IMG/VR virus record: IMGVR_UViG_3300027901_000001 | From: a virus | Length of the DNA: 64,000 nt | Direction: 5' to 3' (one strand) | Part shown: positions 60,472-64,000 of the stretch, one piece after another | Layout: each line of letters starts with the position of its first letter | Position numbering within the stretch: position 1 is the stretch's first letter | The notes under the pieces: model-generated | What the model was told of the DNA's origin: nothing | Databases searched by the model: none | What the model saw: the letters and a program-made list of their open reading frames with translations, nothing else | Position numbers and translations under genes: made by a program

Positions 60472-60537
60472 TCGTGTTAACGGATCCGTGCCCCGAACGC
60501 ACGGTCGACCGGGTTGTGGTGGGTACCAGTAAAACAT
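60472..60537 (-). promoter_or_regulatory. Pro leader (MFYWYPPQPGRP...)
   Basis: SD AGGAGG; CCA CCA, 5 Pro in 22 codons; ACCCGGTCG pairs with CGACCGGGT at the tRNA 5' end. Confidence 0.75.
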
Positions 60538-60757
60538 CTTGCCTTCCTCCTTCTAGCCCACCAGGAACGCAAGATTTCGTGGCGGGCTCTTTATGACCCG
60601 CCTGGATATGGACGGGTCAGAAGCGAAAAATATCACTCCCGTTATGCCTATACATCGGCTTGGGTATGTCTTTTCTGCTTGGCATCTCCGTCTCTTAGGT
60701 GCCCCTCGGGACTCGAACTAATCCGAGCCCGAAGGCCCCGCTCTTTTGAAGGTGATC

Positions 60758-61093
60758 CTATCCGGAAAGATTGTCAAGCGCCCCCCTCAACAAAAGAGGC
60801 AGATTGCTGACGATTCTTCTTGCCGACGATCCGAGTGCCAGTGCAGTGGCTTCATCACCGACATCCGGCTCACGAAAAAGCGACGCCGGGCAGCCGTTCG
60901 CCTGGTCCCGGAGCGCCAGCAGCGCCTTCTCGTCCGGCACCTGGAGGAGCACCAGGTTGTTCGATCCTTCGTACCAGGCGCGGTCCTCTTCGGGGTGCTC
61001 GGCCGAAAAAAGCCGCAGGGCATGGCACGCCTGGGCCGCCTGGAGACCCGGCTTCAGGTCAGCCCGGACCACGATATAGAGCTTTGCATCAAT
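60758..61093 (-). CDS. Peptidyl-tRNA hydrolase, PTH2-like (start codon ambiguous)
   Basis: 'KLYIVVRADLKPGLQAAQACHA', 'LVLLQV' and 'FREPD.G...TALA'; the in-frame region upstream of GTG 61072 has no ATG. Confidence 0.75.
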   Translation of the reverse strand: MDAKLYIVVRADLKPGLQAAQACHALRLFSAEHPEEDRAWYEGSNNLVLLQVPDEKALLALRDQANGCPASLFREPDVGDEATALALGSSARRIVSNLPLLLRGALDNLSG

Positions 61094-61159
61094 GGGACTG
61101 TTTCATTTCAACACCTCTTTGGTTTGATGGCTAAATTAAGCCTTTCTCATGGCTTAAAT

Positions 61160-61245
61160 TGGTCAGCCGGGAGGACTCGAACCCCATACTCCTGACCCGT
61201 ACCGCGAATCGGGGTCAGTTGCTCTACCAGTTGAGCTACCGGCCG
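61160..61245 (-). ncRNA. tRNA-like RNA (Pro-like body) with a 17-nt region in place of the 7-nt anticodon loop
   Basis: Normal acceptor, D and T arms plus CCA; CTGAC-[CCCGATTCGCGGTACGG]-GTCAG. Confidence 0.75.
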
Positions 61246-61355
61246 ATAAGTCATGTGGGAGGAGCCATCCACTCGGGATCTACCGCGAATCAACCCCAAG
61301 TTGCCCAGGACCCTTCCGGGCTGGCAGTCCCTACTCAGTATCCTGGACACCCACA

Positions 61356-61442
61356 TGGCACGCGGGGATGGACTCGAACCACCGACCTCCGAGCAAGCTC
61401 GGTGCTCTTCCTGGAGCAAAGCTCTCTCTGAGCTACCCGCGT
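61356..61442 (-). ncRNA. tRNA-like RNA with a CUUG tetraloop instead of an anticodon loop and an enlarged D-loop
   Basis: ACGCGGG/CCCGCGT acceptor, G73, CCA; CCGAG-CTTG-CTCGG; 22-nt D-loop containing a GAGC-TTT-GCTC hairpin. Confidence 0.75.
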
Positions 61443-61574
61443 ATGGCGCGTCCCCTGCCCGTTGCTCATCTTCCGTGGAGAGGATGGACTGGACGACAGG
61501 GGGCGCAAAAAAGGCCGGTTTGTTTTCCGCCCTGATAATAATGAGAGCGGGGGACAAAACCGGCTCGGAAAACC

Positions 61575-61652
61575 CGGCGCGCAGGGTGGGGGTCGAACCC
61601 ACAACCTCCAAGGTCATTACCCTTGGTGCTCGACCAACCGAGCTGCCCGCGC
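61575..61652 (-). ncRNA. tRNA-like RNA with a 9-nt anticodon loop (or 6-bp stem with an AAU loop)
   Basis: CCAAG-[GGTAATGAC]-CTTGG; canonical D and T arms. Confidence 0.72.
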
Positions 61653-61753
61653 ATAATCCTATGGAGACACAAAACGCCCCGAACGCAAACAGAACGCTCA
61701 GGAGCACCCCCCAAAAACAAAACCGGCAAAGCCCGCCTTGGCTAGGGCCGCCG

Positions 61754-62332
61754 TTAATGAAGACTCTTCATAATATCTCCTGAAATCCTATAAGAGTCCC
61801 CTCGAACAATCTTACCGATGGTGGCAGGACATACCGAAAATTTATCGGCCAAACTCCTAAACGAATGCCCTCCCCCTCTATACAGAGAACGCACACTTTT
61901 CGCCTCGGCAAAAGTCAATTTTCTCTGCTTAGAAACCGCGTGCAGAGAATGCCTCACCCTCTCTTCTCTGGGAATATCGAAAGAGTTGTCCGACTTGGAA
62001 CCGAGAACAATGTTCTCTCTTGAATTGTTACGCTTATCCCCGTCCAGGTGCCTTACTTCTATCCCCTCACCAAGAGCCATTTCCCCAAACCAGTAATAAG
62101 CCGCCAACCGATGGACCATCACCACGCCCCGGTTGCCGTCCCCATTCGTCCCCACACTAAAATGGAGGTACCCATTGGTACCCTCCTGGAGCTTCAGCCT
62201 CTTGTGGTTCCTCGGAGAAACTACTTCTCCCCCTTCGTTTACCACGTATCCCAAAAAGGCCGCCAACCTTACTCGACCATTACCCGTCGTGCTATCAAGT
62301 GGAGGCGTCTTCATAATCTCTACGATAGCCAT
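61754..62332 (-). CDS. HNH homing endonuclease with C-terminal HTH
   Basis: 'VHRLAAY', 'VRHLDGDKRNNSRENI...SKSDN'; paralogue of 58399..58911. Confidence 0.85.
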   Translation of the reverse strand: MAIVEIMKTPPLDSTTGNGRVRLAAFLGYVVNEGGEVVSPRNHKRLKLQEGTNGYLHFSVGTNGDGNRGVVMVHRLAAYYWFGEMALGEGIEVRHLDGDKRNNSRENIVLGSKSDNSFDIPREERVRHSLHAVSKQRKLTFAEAKSVRSLYRGGGHSFRSLADKFSVCPATIGKIVRGDSYRISGDIMKSLH

Positions 62333-62349
62333 CCCTCAGAAACTGTCAA
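62322..62349 (-). promoter_or_regulatory. Sigma70-like promoter
   Basis: TTGACA-N16-TATCGT. Confidence 0.5.
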
Positions 62350-62366
62350 CGGTCGACACCCGGATT

Positions 62367-62708
62367 CTATTCCTCTGCCGCTCGTTTTAATGCGCCCGTC
62401 GCCCGATTCCAATTCACTGTCACGCCCAGCAAGCTGATCACCAACTCCTCGACCGCCCGAGTGTGCTCCCGCAGAAAAGCCGTGTCCCTGGGATACTTCC
62501 GCATCAGATTGTTCACGACCTTCTCGTGCTTCTTCATCTTCCCTTCCAGCGCCTGCACCTCCCGGATCAGCGCCGCGAACTTCTCCTTGTCCGGGAAGGT
62601 CTTTTTCACCTTGTCGATGACCTGCTGCTTGCTGTCAAAATGGATACCGGCAAAGTCGCCGCCCTCCATTACTTCGGTGGCCTCCTGAAGCTGTTTACTC
62701 AGTCCCAT
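62367..62708 (-). CDS. Protein with capsid-leader motif (MGLSKQLQEA)
   Basis: ORF plus recurrent leader. Confidence 0.6.
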   Translation of the reverse strand: MGLSKQLQEATEVMEGGDFAGIHFDSKQQVIDKVKKTFPDKEKFAALIREVQALEGKMKKHEKVVNNLMRKYPRDTAFLREHTRAVEELVISLLGVTVNWNRATGALKRAAEE

Positions 62709-62710
62709 GT

Positions 62711-63652
62711 TCAATCCCCTACGTCATATCGTTTCACGGTAAGGTCCGGAGAAACCGATAACAGCCGCCTCCCCGAGTTGTTGATTGGATTCAACGCATC
62801 CGACTGTTTAGCGGTCACACGCCATATCGCGTGGCCGAAAGAATCACCGGCATAAACGTACATGGTCTGCCCCCACTTCTTAGCGTAGTACCCGGCGGAG
62901 ATGACCGCGCTGCTGAGGTCCCCTTGGTTTTTCGCCTTCAGCTTCACCTTCCGCAGCGACCCGGTGGCCTTGGCGTCCACCTTCTCGCCGCTCATCTTTA
63001 GCTTGCCCTCCTGGAGGGCCGCCTCCGTAACGCCAGCGGTCGAAGTATGCACCAAAATTGGCGGCAAACGCCCAGCGAACCCCGTCGGGCCTATACCCGG
63101 CTGGCTGACATTCAAACTCACTTTTCGCACCCTTGTCTTTGGCGGACCCATCTTTTGGAGCCACTCATCCCCTTTCGATTTCCATGCCACACGCGCCGCT
63201 TCGGAAGGAGAACCGGCTTTGACCTTCACTTCATCCCAGACGTCACTCATCGCGTATTTCGTTGGTTGAGTTCCGTGCGGAAAATAGGCTTTGCTTATCT
63301 GAACACGATAAGTCCGCTGCTTCCCTTCTTGGAGAGCCGCTGCAAGCTGCGCACTCATGGATTCACCCAACGATCGATGGTGTTCAGCCGCCTTTTTCAC
63401 GCCTTCCTCTGCCGTCTTTACGTCGCCCAGCTCTTTCCTGCCCTTCGCGAGAATCTTCCTACTCAGCCTACCCATCGGAGCGAACTTCAACGTGTAGCCC
63501 GCCAGCTCAAAGCCTCCCGTCGGCGTCCTCCGACTGAAGGGCACCATCTGGTAGGCCCCCCTGTCCGTAACGACGTTATACTCCGTCTGTCCACCAGCCC
63601 ATTTACTGGTCTTCCATCTGGACAACTCCGGGACGCGCTTGAAAAATGCCAT
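62711..63652 (-). CDS. Multi-module protein with internal leader/cleavage-like motifs
   Basis: Internal 'ESMSAQLAAALQEGK' and 'TEAALQEGK'. Confidence 0.6.
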   Translation of the reverse strand: MAFFKRVPELSRWKTSKWAGGQTEYNVVTDRGAYQMVPFSRRTPTGGFELAGYTLKFAPMGRLSRKILAKGRKELGDVKTAEEGVKKAAEHHRSLGESMSAQLAAALQEGKQRTYRVQISKAYFPHGTQPTKYAMSDVWDEVKVKAGSPSEAARVAWKSKGDEWLQKMGPPKTRVRKVSLNVSQPGIGPTGFAGRLPPILVHTSTAGVTEAALQEGKLKMSGEKVDAKATGSLRKVKLKAKNQGDLSSAVISAGYYAKKWGQTMYVYAGDSFGHAIWRVTAKQSDALNPINNSGRRLLSVSPDLTVKRYDVGD

Positions 63653-63655
63653 CGC

Positions 63656-64000
63656 CTACCACTTCGGCAGTCGCGCTTTCTTGGTTGTAGCCGGATGAGT
63701 ACTGATCAACCTCGGTGGACTCGGGGCTGGTTTCCACTTCCCCCATCTGTACCCGTACCTTGGGTGCCGCTCCTGGAACCGCTTGAACCAGTGGCCCTCT
63801 TTGTCGTGCGCCCACTCGATCTGGGTCCTATAGTCGGCCGTGAACGTCCGGTAAATCGCGTATGCCTCCGTCGGTAACTTGGACGCATCGGTCCCTACCG
63901 TCTCATCCAGGGCCTCTCCGATTGCTACCTTCGGGAACCGCCGCTTGAGCACTTGGATAAACTGCTCCGGCGTCATCTTCCGAATATCCAGGTCATAGGC
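63656..64000 (-). CDS. Hypothetical protein (5' end probably beyond the window)
   Basis: Frame open to the window end. Confidence 0.55.
   Translation of the reverse strand, partial: AYDLDIRKMTPEQFIQVLKRRFPKVAIGEALDETVGTDASKLPTEAYAIYRTFTADYRTQIEWAHDKEGHWFKRFQERHPRYGYRWGKWKPAPSPPRLISTHPATTKKARLPKW

Noticed and set aside
60690-60790. Possible tRNA-Sec or suppressor tRNA (CTTCAAA loop, GTTCGAGTCCC, ...GGCACC)
   Set aside because: The anticodon and T stems do not pair and no acceptor stem can be formed; at most a remnant
51421-61652. CRISPR array or tandem repeats suggested by recurring GGTTCGA/TCGAACC
   Set aside because: These are tRNA T-loops, with no constant repeat-spacer periodicity. The Cas4-like gene lies in the replication module with no other cas genes.
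51460-61783. 60-240 aa ORFs on either strand spanning tRNA genes, taken as protein-coding genes
   Set aside because: They overlap well-formed cloverleaves. Only the short minus-strand leader parts are considered meaningful, as regulatory ORFs.
1-64000. Stop-codon reassignment (alternative genetic code)
   Set aside because: Core genes (capsid, portal, terminase, DnaB, RecA, UvrD) are full length in code 11, and no suppressor tRNA was found

Overview
A 64-kb segment of a large, GC-rich myovirus-type phage genome, read in the standard genetic code and mostly on the minus strand. It carries a T4-like head/neck/tail module (sheath, neck proteins, major capsid, protease-scaffold, portal, terminase). 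A replication/recombination module follows (Cas4-like and Hjc-like nucleases, RecA, SF2 helicase, gp32-like SSB, primase, GroES, DnaB, DnaC), then lysis genes, methyltransferases and two AdoMet-decarboxylase homologues. About a dozen small genes share an N-terminal 'S[IL]A.QL.EA' leader that resembles a capsid-targeting and cleavage signal. A plus-strand island encodes KhpA and a UvrD-like helicase. An 11-kb RNA region holds 37 tRNA genes covering all 20 amino acids, 3 aberrant tRNA-like genes, 5 related hairpin RNAs (2 with circularly permuted tRNA-like domains, Y-RNA-like), a TROVE-like/vWA gene, a PTH2-like hydrolase and 2 HNH endonucleases. The most striking signal is that tRNA blocks and many single tRNAs are preceded by short leader ORFs built from exactly the codons those tRNAs read, often down to the isoacceptor. 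These leaders frequently carry a segment complementary to the 5' part of the adjacent tRNA, which suggests a ribosome-stalling, on-demand tRNA supply circuit. Two host-type parS sites and a recurrent 14-bp palindrome are also present. All protein family calls come from motif recognition by eye, not from database searches.
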